A DNA stretch of 64,000 nucleotides, from positions 241,761 to 305,760 of the forward strand of contig CAXXVE010000002.1 in NCBI GenBank assembly GCA_963676905.2, written 5' to 3'. Positions within the stretch are counted from its first letter, which is position 1. Every line of letters begins with the position of its first letter. The translations under genes were made by a program, and so were the position numbers. Below, piece by piece: positions 1-9,978 of this stretch. The stretch is from Oceanispirochaeta sp. GTDB lineage: Bacteria; Spirochaetota; Spirochaetia; DSM-2461. Below the pieces are notes generated by a model. That model was not told the origin of the DNA and searched no databases. It saw only the letters and a list, made by a program, of their open reading frames with translations.

Positions 1-2
1 CA

Positions 3-974
3 AGTGAAGATCTCTCTATAGAGGAAGTCCTTGATGAATGGGCTAAAGTCACTGATATACCGGGTGTAGAACTATCCCTCAGATATTATGAAAGGTTTCC
101 GACTGTGGAAGAGTTCAATGAGCTTGTAGATGTTGACGCTGATGCGCTTCTGGGGGTCTGGATTACAAAGAACTTTCTGAACAGGGAGTTCTATGACAGG
201 CATCCCCGTATCCGGTATATTGCCGGTCTTGCCCATGGCTACCAGCAGATTGACTGGGAGCTCAGCAGGGAGAGAGGCATTACCATTACCAACACGACAT
301 ACGGGGAACACACCATTGCAGAGTACACCATGGCCCTCCTGCTGGAACTCTGCAAGAGAACTTCTGTCAGTTCTTCCTATGTAAAGAGCACGGAATGGGG
401 GAAGACGGATGCCCGCTATATGTTTGCACCAACAAAGCAGATAGAATTGTACGGTAAGGTGATCGGGATTGTAGGACTCGGAAAAATCGGACTGAATACA
501 GCCAGAATCGCCCATGCTATGGGAATGAAAGTTATAGCATGGAACCGGACTCCAAAAGAGGGAGTCGACTATGACTTTATAGAGCAGTGTTCGCTGGAAA
601 GAGTTCTCACTGAATCCGATGCAATATCCCTTCATATCGCACTAAACGATGAGACAATGAATATGATAGACGACCGGGCCATTGAGAAGATGAAGAATGA
701 TGTCATCCTTGTAAATACATCACGGGGCGGGATTGTTGATGAAAAGGCACTTGCCTCTGCCCTGGAATCCGGGAAAGTCTACGCAGCGGGTCTGGATGTT
801 CTCAGGAATGAACCCCCGGAAGAGGATAATCCTCTGCTGTCCTGCGATAACGTTATAATAACACCTCATATTGCCTGGCTGCCGAAGACCTGTAGAATGC
901 GTCAGATTTCGATGGCAGTGGATAACTTCGCGTCCTATCTGAATGGAAGAGCTGTAAGTGTAATCAACGGTTGA
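3..974 (+). CDS. D-2-hydroxyacid dehydrogenase (glycerate/phosphoglycerate dehydrogenase family), 5' end outside the window
   Basis: GIVGLGKIG Rossmann motif, VNTSRGGIVDE, AGLDV..EP, ITPHIAW. The frame is open from base 3, so the true start lies upstream. Confidence 0.9.
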   Translation, partial: SEDLSIEEVLDEWAKVTDIPGVELSLRYYERFPTVEEFNELVDVDADALLGVWITKNFLNREFYDRHPRIRYIAGLAHGYQQIDWELSRERGITITNTTYGEHTIAEYTMALLLELCKRTSVSSSYVKSTEWGKTDARYMFAPTKQIELYGKVIGIVGLGKIGLNTARIAHAMGMKVIAWNRTPKEGVDYDFIEQCSLERVLTESDAISLHIALNDETMNMIDDRAIEKMKNDVILVNTSRGGIVDEKALASALESGKVYAAGLDVLRNEPPEEDNPLLSCDNVIITPHIAWLPKTCRMRQISMAVDNFASYLNGRAVSVING

Positions 975-997
975 TTTATTTTTGTCTGCAATTGTAG

Positions 998-1038
998 AAT
1001 GATCTGATCCCTGTTATTGTATCCGGATCATTTTTTTT
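998..1038 (+). terminator. Intrinsic terminator after the dehydrogenase
   Basis: Imperfect stem aatgatctgat/atccggatcatt followed by T8. Confidence 0.55.
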
Positions 1039-1055
1039 CAGTATAAGGTTTGTAA

Positions 1056-1706
1056 ATGGCGCACTACAACAAGGGTATTCATACCAAGAAAGGGATTGTT
1101 AACACATCGAGAAAGCTCTTTTATGTAAAAGGGTATCAAAATGTAACAATTCGTGAAATCGCAGAGCAGTCTGATGTAAACCTTGGACTGATCAACTACT
1201 ATTTCAAGGGGAAAGCTGATATCGGCATGACTGTATACAAGGATATCCGTGAAGCCTTCAATAAAATGATTGCCGAATATATCCCTGGTCGGGATGGTGT
1301 ATATTATTTTCTCATCGGCAGTGCTGTAGAACTGATCCTCTGCATTAAAAATGAGGCTTATGGTCTTTTCTATCTGCAGATGTGTATTCAGAAAATATTC
1401 AAGGAAGAGATAAACAGCATTATCCTGGATACTCTGCTCAAATATTCTGATGAACACCGGCGGGGAAACAATGCTGTTCTCTCCACCCTCAGCATAATGG
1501 CAACAAAACCGGCTATTATTGAATATGCCTTCGGTAATCCCGGTCAGATTGACCTGGAAGGCTATCTGAAGTACTACCTTGAAGCTCAGCTTTATCAGTT
1601 CGGAATTGATACCTCCAAGGCTGAGGATCTCCTTCAGGAACTTGGAAAGTATCATATCGATGTTGCCGAGAGTTTTACTCCCATAATGGTTAAAATCCCA
1701 AGCTGA
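1056..1706 (+). CDS. TetR/AcrR family transcriptional regulator
   Basis: N-terminal LFYVKGYQNVTIREIAEQSDVNLGLINYYFKGK HTH. Confidence 0.9.
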   Translation: MAHYNKGIHTKKGIVNTSRKLFYVKGYQNVTIREIAEQSDVNLGLINYYFKGKADIGMTVYKDIREAFNKMIAEYIPGRDGVYYFLIGSAVELILCIKNEAYGLFYLQMCIQKIFKEEINSIILDTLLKYSDEHRRGNNAVLSTLSIMATKPAIIEYAFGNPGQIDLEGYLKYYLEAQLYQFGIDTSKAEDLLQELGKYHIDVAESFTPIMVKIPS

Positions 1707-1723
1707 AACTCAGCTCTCTCAGT

Positions 1724-2620
1724 CTACCCCGGAAGAGCAGCCAATGCCAGGCGCAGGCTGAGGCTCCGTACCGATTCCGGATCAGACCGGGAGTTTAGAA
1801 CCACAGGCAGTCCAAGGCCCGCCAGAATACCGCAGTACCGTACTCCCTTCATAAAAGAGAAGGCCTTGTAGGCTGCATTGGCGCTGTTCAGGTCGGGAAA
1901 GAGGAGCAGATCCGGTTCCCCTGCAATACGGCTTTCAATTCCCTTTATCTCTGCCGCCTTTGCAGACAGGGCGGCATCAAGGGCCATGGGTCCTTCCACA
2001 CGGTCCCCCTCCCAGTCCATCATCGACAGGGCATCGGCATCTACAGTTCCGGGAATCTTCGGATTGACCTTCTCAACAGCGGCGACACAAATTGCCCCGA
2101 GAGGCCCCTGTTTCAGCCGTCTCAGAACCTCCAGTCCATTTTCAAGGATGACCTTTTTCTCTTCCAGTCCCGGGCTTATATTCAGGGCCGCATCGGTCAG
2201 GGCCACGGGATGGGGAAGGCCGGGAATCTCAAAAAGTGCGAAGTGGCTTATAAGTCCTTCCGGAGGAATCAGGCCCCTCTCTCTGTTCAAAAGGGCCCTT
2301 GTGAAAATCGAGGTATGAATCTCTCCCTTCATAAGGACGTCCACCTCTCCCCTTGAGGCGAGAAGAACCGCCCTTTCCGCTGCATCCTGATGGCCTTGAA
2401 TATTTTCAATTTCACAATTATCCAGAGGAATCTGCAGATATTCACAGCGCTCCCTGACGGCGGACTCCTCTCCAAGAAGGAGAAACTTTCCCCCTCCCTC
2501 TTCGAGGGTCTGTTTGACTGTCAGCAGAGATTCATCGTGGGCGGCTCCCACAAGAGCAATCCGCTGTTCTGCTCCGGGGAGGGTTTTAAGCATCTCATCA
2601 AGAGTCACAGAAGAGCTCAT
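1724..2620 (-). CDS. ptb: Phosphate butyryl/acyltransferase
   Basis: LMKGEIHTS, TDAALNISP, VEGPMALDAA, PDLNSAN motifs; overlaps buk. Confidence 0.88.
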   Translation of the reverse strand: MSSSVTLDEMLKTLPGAEQRIALVGAAHDESLLTVKQTLEEGGGKFLLLGEESAVRERCEYLQIPLDNCEIENIQGHQDAAERAVLLASRGEVDVLMKGEIHTSIFTRALLNRERGLIPPEGLISHFALFEIPGLPHPVALTDAALNISPGLEEKKVILENGLEVLRRLKQGPLGAICVAAVEKVNPKIPGTVDADALSMMDWEGDRVEGPMALDAALSAKAAEIKGIESRIAGEPDLLLFPDLNSANAAYKAFSFMKGVRYCGILAGLGLPVVLNSRSDPESVRSLSLRLALAALPG

Positions 2621-3690
2621 CGGGGGTACTCCTTTATCTCTCTGCTCCCGGTCAGTCCGGCCAGAGCGTTCTCGGCCAGAGAGTCCATCTCCCGCTCTCC
2701 GGGAACGACGATTATCTTTCCGAGGAATCCGATCTTCTTTTCGATGTCTCCTGTCACAACGGGGCTTCTGGCCATTCCCCCGGTAAGGACAACAGCGTCG
2801 ATATCCCCTTCGAGAGTGGCAGCCTGGCGGCCGATCTCCTGGGCTATCTGAAGGATCATGGCCCTGTAGATGAGGGAGGCCTTCTCCTCTCCTCTGATAT
2901 GGGCTTCTTCCATGGCAAGGGCATCCTTGCTGCCGTAGAGGGAGGCGACTCCCCCGGCACCTGTAATAAGGCGGCGGACCTCCGAAATGGGCATTCCCTG
3001 CTCAACAAGGTCCAGAAGCTGCCCGGCCGGTACGGTTCCGCTTCTTTCGGGAGAGAAGGGTCCGTCTCCGTCGAGGGCATTGTTTACATCGATTACCCTG
3101 CCTCTGCGATGGGCGCCCACAGATACGCCGCCCCCCATATGGGCTACGATAAAGTTGGACTCCTCATAGGACTTGCCCAGCTGACGGGCTGCCTCCCGGG
3201 CTGTTGATTTCTGATTAAGGGCATGGAATATGCTGCGGCGGGAGATGGAGGCAATCCCCGAGATTCTGGCTTCCTGAATCATCTCGTCCACAACCACAGG
3301 ATCGGCTATCAGGGCCGGACAGCCGGTTCTGCCGTATCGGCCTGCAAGTTCACGGGCAAGAGGGGCGCCAAGATTGCTTGCATGAACACCGTAGCGGCAG
3401 CTCTTAAGGTCATCAAGCATCCGCTGGTCCACCCGGTAGACTCCACCGTCAAGGGGCTTCATCAGACCGCCTCTTCCTATAACAGCGTTCAGTTTTTCGT
3501 CTCCCAGAGCCTTAATGACAGGCTTTATCGACTCCAGTCTCAGATCAATCTGTTCGAAGAGGCTGCCGCAGGCATCAAGATCCTCGGCATTATGGGCCGT
3601 ATTAATCTCTTCGATCAGCTCCCTGTTTTTAAAAAGGGCCGCCTTGGTGGAGGTGGAGCCGGGGTTCACCGCAAGAATATAGTAGTTCAT
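2617..3690 (-). CDS. buk: Butyrate (branched-chain carboxylate) kinase
   Basis: NPGSTSTK, GRGGL, HASNLG, FHALNQK, HMGGGVSVGAH, GPFSPERSG. Confidence 0.95.
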   Translation of the reverse strand: MNYYILAVNPGSTSTKAALFKNRELIEEINTAHNAEDLDACGSLFEQIDLRLESIKPVIKALGDEKLNAVIGRGGLMKPLDGGVYRVDQRMLDDLKSCRYGVHASNLGAPLARELAGRYGRTGCPALIADPVVVDEMIQEARISGIASISRRSIFHALNQKSTAREAARQLGKSYEESNFIVAHMGGGVSVGAHRRGRVIDVNNALDGDGPFSPERSGTVPAGQLLDLVEQGMPISEVRRLITGAGGVASLYGSKDALAMEEAHIRGEEKASLIYRAMILQIAQEIGRQAATLEGDIDAVVLTGGMARSPVVTGDIEKKIGFLGKIIVVPGEREMDSLAENALAGLTGSREIKEYPR

Positions 3691-5105
3691 TAATTCTCCC
3701 TGTCGTACCAGGCCAGGGCTTTCTCCATCATATCGAGATTCAATGAAACCGCCTCTTTGCGTTTGACGCTCAAAGGCAGAACCTTTCTTAATATTTCAGT
3801 ATCCGCCAGGCCCTTGTATTTAAGATATATTGTCAGCATGATGATATTGGCCGTTGCAAGAATTCCGCTCTCCTTTGCCATCTCCGAGGCCGGGACATAA
3901 AGAACTTTTACATCCTCCCTTTTCACCTTTTCCGAGATCAGGGTGGAGTTCACAAGTATGAGTCCCCCTGGCGCCACATCATCCTGAAAGGATATCAGTG
4001 AGGGGGTGTTCAAGGCAATAAGGGCCGTGGGATAGGGGACTACAGGAGAGCCTATCTCTCTATGTGAGAAGATTACGCTGGCATTGGCTTTTCCCCCCCG
4101 CATCTCGGGGCCGTAGGAGGGCAGCCATGTGGTGTGATACCCTCTGGCAATGGCATAGGTGGCCAGCAGTACTCCCGCCGACAGGACCCCCTGTCCGCCG
4201 AATCCGGCAATCTTGACTCTCTCTTCAATCTCCTTCGCTTCAGGGGCAGAGGACTCCCCGGGAATGGCACCGTGGGCCGAGAGCAGTTTGTAGAGGTGCT
4301 CTTCTGTCATAAAAGGGAGGCTGTCATCGGGGGGAGCGGGTCGGTCCGACTCGTCCCTGAAATTCTTTACAGGATAGAGGGGCTCCAGCTGGTTTTTTAT
4401 CCAGCTGCGCGCCTCAACGGGATCCATTTTCCAGTTGATGGGGCAGGGTGAGAGGATCTCGACAAAGCTGAAGCCCTTCTTTTCGATCTGGTTCTCCAGG
4501 GCCTTTTTAAAGGCCTTCCGCGCCTTGAGCACCTTCGCCGCAGAGGCAAGGGATACCCGTTCGATATAGACCGGGGCCTTCAGGGCGTTCATCACTTCGG
4601 CCATGCCTATGGGGTTGCCGTCCCGACCAGGGGAGCGTCCCAGTGGAGTGGTCATGGTCTTCTGCCCCTCCAGTGTGGTGGGGGCCATCTGCCCGCCTGT
4701 CATGCCGTAAATGGCATTATTGATAAAGAAGACTGTCATGTTCTCGCCTCTGTTGGCGGCGTGGATAATCTCGGCTGTTCCGATGGCTGCCAGGTCTCCG
4801 TCTCCCTGATAGGAGATAACAATGGCGTCTTTATGGGTTCTTCTGATTCCCGTTCCCACGGCTGGAGCCCTTCCATGGGCGCACTGGATGTTTCCTGTAT
4901 CCATATAGTAGTAGGCGAAAACCGAGCATCCCACGGGGGATAGAAAGATGGTTCTGTCCTGGATTCCAAGTTCCACAAGAAGTTCGGCTATGAGCTTGTG
5001 GGCTGTGCCGTGACCGCAGCCGGGGCAGTAGTGGGTTACCTTCTGTCCCGGGCCTTTTCTTTCAAAGGTGTCGTAAAAGGCCTTGGGTTTCTCTTTGATG
5101 ATCAC
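3690..5105 (-). CDS. vorA: 2-oxoacid:ferredoxin oxidoreductase, fused beta (TPP) + gamma subunit (VorA-like)
   Basis: YCPGCGHG, GDGD..NN TPP motif, SPCP, then a gamma domain IAGFGGQG and SYGPEMRGG. Confidence 0.88.
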   Translation of the reverse strand: MIIKEKPKAFYDTFERKGPGQKVTHYCPGCGHGTAHKLIAELLVELGIQDRTIFLSPVGCSVFAYYYMDTGNIQCAHGRAPAVGTGIRRTHKDAIVISYQGDGDLAAIGTAEIIHAANRGENMTVFFINNAIYGMTGGQMAPTTLEGQKTMTTPLGRSPGRDGNPIGMAEVMNALKAPVYIERVSLASAAKVLKARKAFKKALENQIEKKGFSFVEILSPCPINWKMDPVEARSWIKNQLEPLYPVKNFRDESDRPAPPDDSLPFMTEEHLYKLLSAHGAIPGESSAPEAKEIEERVKIAGFGGQGVLSAGVLLATYAIARGYHTTWLPSYGPEMRGGKANASVIFSHREIGSPVVPYPTALIALNTPSLISFQDDVAPGGLILVNSTLISEKVKREDVKVLYVPASEMAKESGILATANIIMLTIYLKYKGLADTEILRKVLPLSVKRKEAVSLNLDMMEKALAWYDREN

Positions 5106-6193
5106 TTTCTGCCTCCTTCTTTCAGCTGAGTCACACTCTCTGTTATTTCGGCTACCGAGGGAATGATTCCGCCCAGCCAGCAGAGCCGCTCTGTCCGGCA
5201 GACCGGTCCGCAGATCCTCTGTACATCATCCGCCATCTGACCGGCGGCCAGTTCGGCGGATACAACCAGCTTTGCACTTTCAGCCAGTTCCCTGAGTCGG
5301 ACCTCGGGGTAGGGGAAAAGAGTCTTCGGCCGCAGGAGTCCCGCTCTGATACCCTTTTTTCTCAGCTCTTCCACGGCGCTTTGGCAGATCCGGGCGGTAA
5401 TGCCGTAGGCAACAAGGAGGACTTCTGCGTCTGAGCACTCCATCTCGTCCTTGAGGGTGCACTCACTCTTCATCTGTTCATACTTGCTCTGGAGCTTCCA
5501 GTTGTGGTCGCTCTGAAGTTTCGGGTCCATCAGGATCGAGGTGATCAGATTGCCCCGGCTCTCCCTGTCTGCGTAGAGGGCCCAGTCTTTCCTTGCCCCT
5601 GTCAGCATCTTCCGCGGTATCTCCACGGCTTCCATCATCTGGCCCACGTAGGCATCGGACAGAATGATGACTGTGGTACGGTATCTGTCAGCAAGGTCAA
5701 AGGCCATATATGTAAAGTCGCACATTTCCTGTGCAGACCAGGGGGCCAGGACAATGCTGTTGTAGTTTCCGTGGCCGCCGCCTTTGACTGTAATATTGTA
5801 GTCGCTCTGTTCCGGCCAGATATTTCCAAGTCCGGGACCGGCTCTCTGAACATCCACCACGACGCAGGGCAGCTCTGCTCCCGCGATATAGGAGAGGCCC
5901 TCAGCCATAAGAGAGAGCCCGGGTCCTGAGGATGCGGTCATTACCCTTGCTCCCGCCGCCGCGGCGCCGTAGAGCATATTGATAACCGAGACTTCCGATT
6001 CGGCCTGAAGAAAATGGCGTCCAGAGAGGGTAAAGTACTTGGCTGCGCCATGGGCAATTTCGCTGGCCGGAGTGATGGGATAGCCGAAGAAGTGGGTGGC
6101 TCCTCCCATGAGGGCACCGTAGATAACCGCTTCATTTCCCTTGACCAGCTGTTTGACAGTTCCGGGGGCTCCGGTAGTTCCATATTCACTCAT
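5102..6193 (-). CDS. vorB: 2-oxoisovalerate:ferredoxin oxidoreductase alpha subunit
   Basis: KGNEAV, FGYPITPASE, QAESE, TASSGPG, QRAGPGLGNI. Confidence 0.9.
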   Translation of the reverse strand: MSEYGTTGAPGTVKQLVKGNEAVIYGALMGGATHFFGYPITPASEIAHGAAKYFTLSGRHFLQAESEVSVINMLYGAAAAGARVMTASSGPGLSLMAEGLSYIAGAELPCVVVDVQRAGPGLGNIWPEQSDYNITVKGGGHGNYNSIVLAPWSAQEMCDFTYMAFDLADRYRTTVIILSDAYVGQMMEAVEIPRKMLTGARKDWALYADRESRGNLITSILMDPKLQSDHNWKLQSKYEQMKSECTLKDEMECSDAEVLLVAYGITARICQSAVEELRKKGIRAGLLRPKTLFPYPEVRLRELAESAKLVVSAELAAGQMADDVQRICGPVCRTERLCWLGGIIPSVAEITESVTQLKEGGRK

Positions 6194-6404
6194 CAGGCTC
6201 CTCCTTATAAACGGTTATGGCTCCGGGTTCAGGACATACATAGAAGCAGATTCCGCAGGCCGTGCAGTTTTCGGGACTGGACAGGGCGTACTGGTAACCC
6301 AGACGGTTGATATCTGATCCGATGGAGAGGCAGTGATTGGGGCAGGAGTTTACGCAGACCCTGCAGCCCTTGCAGAGGTCCGCTTCAATAACGCTGCGGT
6401 TCAT
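6186..6404 (-). CDS. 2x[4Fe-4S] ferredoxin (delta subunit)
   Basis: CKGCRVCVNSCP and CTACGICFYVCP. Confidence 0.92.
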   Translation of the reverse strand: MNRSVIEADLCKGCRVCVNSCPNHCLSIGSDINRLGYQYALSSPENCTACGICFYVCPEPGAITVYKEEPDE

Positions 6405-6937
6405 TCCAGGCCTCCGAACAGGTCTTCTGTTCCATGGCCGAAGAAGTTTATTCCGCTGATGGACTCGGCCAGTTCATGGGGGAGTGTGCTGACATCCAGA
6501 ACATGTCCCGGGCAGCCCAGTGAATCACAGACATAAACACGGCCTGTACCTGAGGGGAGATGGAGGACCATGGCGCTCTTTGACTCACAGCCTTCCACAG
6601 CACAGGGATACTCCTCTTTCAATGAGACATGGCAGTAGGGGCAGAACCCTTCCAGATGCTCTCCCTCTCCGCACTCAGGCAGAAAACTGAATAGCTTGGC
6701 GTGGCTTCCCCAGAAGGCGTCAACAAATACAAGGCCTTTGACTCCGCCAACAGTTATTTCAAGCTTTATGGAGGGTTCACCATGAATTCTGACACTGTCT
6801 ACCATCAAATTGTGTCCCTTGGGACAGTATATCGACTCCACAAGAAGGAAGTCCTCCCCCTCCCTCTGGACCAGCCTCATCCCCCGGGGGACAATCCTCT
6901 TAAACTCATCGGGAATCCTGTTTGCCTTCAATTCCAT
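6401..6937 (-). CDS. Cys/His-rich hypothetical protein, first gene of the vor operon
   Basis: 178 aa, SD (ggaggc) upstream, 4-nt overlap with the ferredoxin gene; CPKGH, CPYCH, CDSLGCPGH. Confidence 0.8.
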   Translation of the reverse strand: MELKANRIPDEFKRIVPRGMRLVQREGEDFLLVESIYCPKGHNLMVDSVRIHGEPSIKLEITVGGVKGLVFVDAFWGSHAKLFSFLPECGEGEHLEGFCPYCHVSLKEEYPCAVEGCESKSAMVLHLPSGTGRVYVCDSLGCPGHVLDVSTLPHELAESISGINFFGHGTEDLFGGLE

Positions 6938-7380
6938 AATGCCTCCTTCCCGGCAGTGCCGATTCTGCAGACTCTCTGAATTTAATCCTAAGGCGCTAAT
7001 GTTAATTTAGTCAAAACTAATGTTTTAAGAACCCAAAATTAAATGCTTATTTGGTTTTTTATGCGATGTGTCTGTTTGTAGTAGGTTTAAAAAAAACGAT
7101 AAATATGAAATGAACTGGTTTTAATGGAGTCTTATCTGCCTTTTTTTGAGTGCTTATCGTTAAATTGTGGGATTCTTTATGTGGCGGGATGGTTAGGCGT
7201 ATTATTACTTTTTTCCCAATAATTGAAAAAAAGGTCTCTGAATTATTATAGTTTTGCTTGCAGAAGGGTTGCGTTGATTAGGGGTATGTCCATAATAATA
7301 CTTCTATGTTATTTTGATGGGCGCTGTTTTATGGTCGTGAGGCTGAATAATCTCAGAACAGTATTGGTCCCGGAGGGAAT

Positions 7381-8547
7381 ATGGCTATCATTAAAAGTTT
7401 GCTTGATACAGATTTATACAAGCTCACAATGATGCAGATCGCTTTGCATAAGTTCAATGACACGGAAGTCGTGTATGAGTTCAAGTGCAGAAATGATGCA
7501 GACTGGACCGGAATGCTTCCCGAGATCAACAGGGAACTGGATTCTTTCTGTGAGCTTACCTTTACGGAAGAGGAGTTGGAGAAACTTGCTCAGATTCCTT
7601 TTTTCAAGGCAAACTTTATTGATTTCCTCCGTCTTTACAGGCCCAACAGGAATCATATTCAGACCGAACTGGTGGACGGTGAGCTTACTATCCGTGTTCA
7701 GGGCCCCTGGTATCTGACCCTTCCCTTCGAAGTTCCAGTCCTGTCAATTGTCAATGAGACCTATTTTACTCGCTATCTGTCCAGGGATGAGCTGGCCAGA
7801 TTAAAGAAGAACGGCCGGGAGAAGCTTCAGGAAAAAATCGATATCGCCAGAAAACATGGCTTTCCCTTTGCTGATTTCGGAACCAGAAGGCGGTTTTCAG
7901 CAGACTGGCAGGATGAAATACTGTCAGAGCTTACAAAACTACCCAACTTTATAGGAACCAGCAATGTCCTTCTTGCAATGAAGCATGGGCTGAAACCCAT
8001 CGGTACCATGGCGCATGAGTATATAATGGCGGGAGCGGGACAGGAGGATGTCCGTCTGGCCAAATCTCAGGCCTATATGCTCCAGCGGTGGGTCGATGAA
8101 TACAGGGGTGACCTTGGAATAGCCCTGACTGACACTTACGGTTTTGATGCCTTCCTGAGGGATTTTGACGAATATTTTGCCAAGCTCTATGACGGACTGC
8201 GTCATGATTCCGGGGACCCCATGGTCTGGGCTCAGAAAGCCATAGCCCATTACGAAAATATGGGCATTGATCCGAGAACAAAGTCTCTCGTCTTTTCTGA
8301 CGGCCTTAATATGCAGAAATCAGCCGAACTCTGGGAAGCGCTTAAGGACAAAGCCGATATTTCATTTGGTATAGGTACCCATCTGACCAATGATTTTGAC
8401 GGAATTGTGCCTCTGCAGATAGTCATGAAGATTGTTGAGTGCAACGGCACTCCAGTGGCCAAGCTATCAGACAGCCCCGGTAAGCTGATGTGCAACGATG
8501 ATGAGTATGTCTCCTATGTGAAGAAGGTCTTTAATATTAAGGACTGA
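7381..8547 (+). CDS. pncB: Nicotinate phosphoribosyltransferase
   Basis: LDTDLYKLTM, DFGTRRR, GTSNV, GTMAHE, RHDSGDP, FSDGL, FGIGT, KLSDSPGK. Confidence 0.95.
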   Translation: MAIIKSLLDTDLYKLTMMQIALHKFNDTEVVYEFKCRNDADWTGMLPEINRELDSFCELTFTEEELEKLAQIPFFKANFIDFLRLYRPNRNHIQTELVDGELTIRVQGPWYLTLPFEVPVLSIVNETYFTRYLSRDELARLKKNGREKLQEKIDIARKHGFPFADFGTRRRFSADWQDEILSELTKLPNFIGTSNVLLAMKHGLKPIGTMAHEYIMAGAGQEDVRLAKSQAYMLQRWVDEYRGDLGIALTDTYGFDAFLRDFDEYFAKLYDGLRHDSGDPMVWAQKAIAHYENMGIDPRTKSLVFSDGLNMQKSAELWEALKDKADISFGIGTHLTNDFDGIVPLQIVMKIVECNGTPVAKLSDSPGKLMCNDDEYVSYVKKVFNIKD

Positions 8548-8688
8548 TTCAGTCCATAGATAGAGACCCGCAGGGAAAATCTGGAATACTTTGTCCTGAT
8601 TATATTCTCTTTTAAAAAAAATGTATCATTTAAATCTTTTCCTTGGAAAGAAATAAAATATATTTTCCGTAATTTATGAATCTTTTTC

Positions 8689-8748
8689 TTGATTATCCTA
8701 CTAGTTAGTACTATATTTCAGTCATAACTAATTAACTACTAGTTAGTA
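8689..8748 (+). promoter_or_regulatory. sigma70 promoter (TTGATT-17-TATATT) with two TACTA-GT-TAGTA operator-like boxes upstream of wrbA
   Basis: ctactagttagta occurs at 8698-8710 (in the promoter spacer) and at 8736-8748. Confidence 0.65.
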
Positions 8749-8783
8749 ATAAAATGATTTGAGTTACCAAGGAGATATATATT

Positions 8784-9389
8784 ATGAAATTTGCAGTTGT
8801 TTTTTATTCCACCTACGGACATATTTATGAACTGGTCAAGAAGGCTGCTGATGGTGCACGAGCTGCCGGAGCGGAGGTCGATATTCTGAAAGTTCCCGAG
8901 ACCCTGAGTCCCGAAGTCATTGCCGCCATGGGAGCAACGGATGCCCAGAAGGCTTTTGCCGAGGTGACAGGTGCGGAAGTCGACAAACTCCCTGAGTATG
9001 ACGGATTTATTTTTGCATTTCCCACCAGATTCGGCAACATGCCTGCACAGTTCAAGTCCTTCCTTGATGCCACAGGTCAGCTCTGGTTTACAGGAGCCCT
9101 GGTCGGCAAACCCTTTGGTCTGATAACTTCATCGGCTACACAGCATAGCGGCCAGGAGTCTACCTTCCTGACCTCTCTGGTTCCCTTTGTCCACCACGGA
9201 ATGGTCTTTGTGGGGCTTCCCCAGACCGAGCCTCTGCTGGCTGACGTAAACTCTGTTGGCGGCGGGTCCTACTACGGTGCTTCAACCATATCCGGCGGAG
9301 ATGGTTCCCGCCTTCCCGACGACAATGAAAAAGAACTCGCCTTTAAACTGGGTGAGCGGGTCGCCGGGATTGCCGGCAAACTGGCTTGA
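8784..9389 (+). CDS. wrbA: NAD(P)H:quinone oxidoreductase, WrbA family flavodoxin
   Basis: YSTYGH, PTRFGNM, FLDATGQLW, SSATQHSGQE, GSYYGAST. Confidence 0.93.
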   Translation: MKFAVVFYSTYGHIYELVKKAADGARAAGAEVDILKVPETLSPEVIAAMGATDAQKAFAEVTGAEVDKLPEYDGFIFAFPTRFGNMPAQFKSFLDATGQLWFTGALVGKPFGLITSSATQHSGQESTFLTSLVPFVHHGMVFVGLPQTEPLLADVNSVGGGSYYGASTISGGDGSRLPDDNEKELAFKLGERVAGIAGKLA

Positions 9390-9396
9390 TTTAATT

Positions 9397-9440
9397 CCGG
9401 CTGGCATTCCGTGTAATAGGATGCCGGCCGGTTTTTTTTT
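9397..9440 (+). terminator. Intrinsic terminator after wrbA
   Basis: ccggctggcatt / atgccggccgg stem followed by T9. Confidence 0.8.
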
Positions 9441-9447
9441 GCCGTTC

Positions 9448-9900
9448 TCAGGATGGCGGCGGAGTGACTGTAATTGTAACGGTCTCTGAGTCATAGGGTG
9501 TGTATGTACCTTCTACAGGGTAAGGTTTGAGTATAATTTTAAAAATATTATCATCATGTTGATCCGTGTAATCTATTAATGATTTTGTAAAACTAAAAGT
9601 TTTTGTCACTTCCGAATCTGTTGGGCCTACCACTTCGGTTGCGCTGTGGTAGATAGTTGAAGATCCGTCATTGTCCTGATACCCGAATCCAACTACAATT
9701 TCAGCATCATCTGCATCGGCCATTGTGTATGCGACAACTATTGTAAATGCTTCGGATGTTCCTTCTGTATAAGGACCGGAAGGACTTCCTGATACAATTC
9801 TTATTGTACCGCTTCCAATGTCCGACCCGCCTCCGTTACAGGAGGCCAGTGCAAAAATTCCTGCAATCAGAATCCATTTAAAAATCTTTTTAACTGTCAT
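9448..9900 (-). CDS. Hypothetical lipoprotein
   Basis: Basic N-terminus, hydrophobic stretch, lipobox LAS-C, Gly/Ser linker. Confidence 0.75.
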   Translation of the reverse strand: MTVKKIFKWILIAGIFALASCNGGGSDIGSGTIRIVSGSPSGPYTEGTSEAFTIVVAYTMADADDAEIVVGFGYQDNDGSSTIYHSATEVVGPTDSEVTKTFSFTKSLIDYTDQHDDNIFKIILKPYPVEGTYTPYDSETVTITVTPPPS

Positions 9901-9978
9901 ATCCCTTTCCTTTATATAATGAATGTTTATTTATGATATAACATCTTACCGGAAGGGAATATCACTTTTTTTTATCTG

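Noticed and set aside
7000-7380. NAD riboswitch or NrtR box upstream of pncB (ttatggtc..gaataa)
   Set aside because: The right half-site and spacing match poorly, and no convincing RNA fold was seen.
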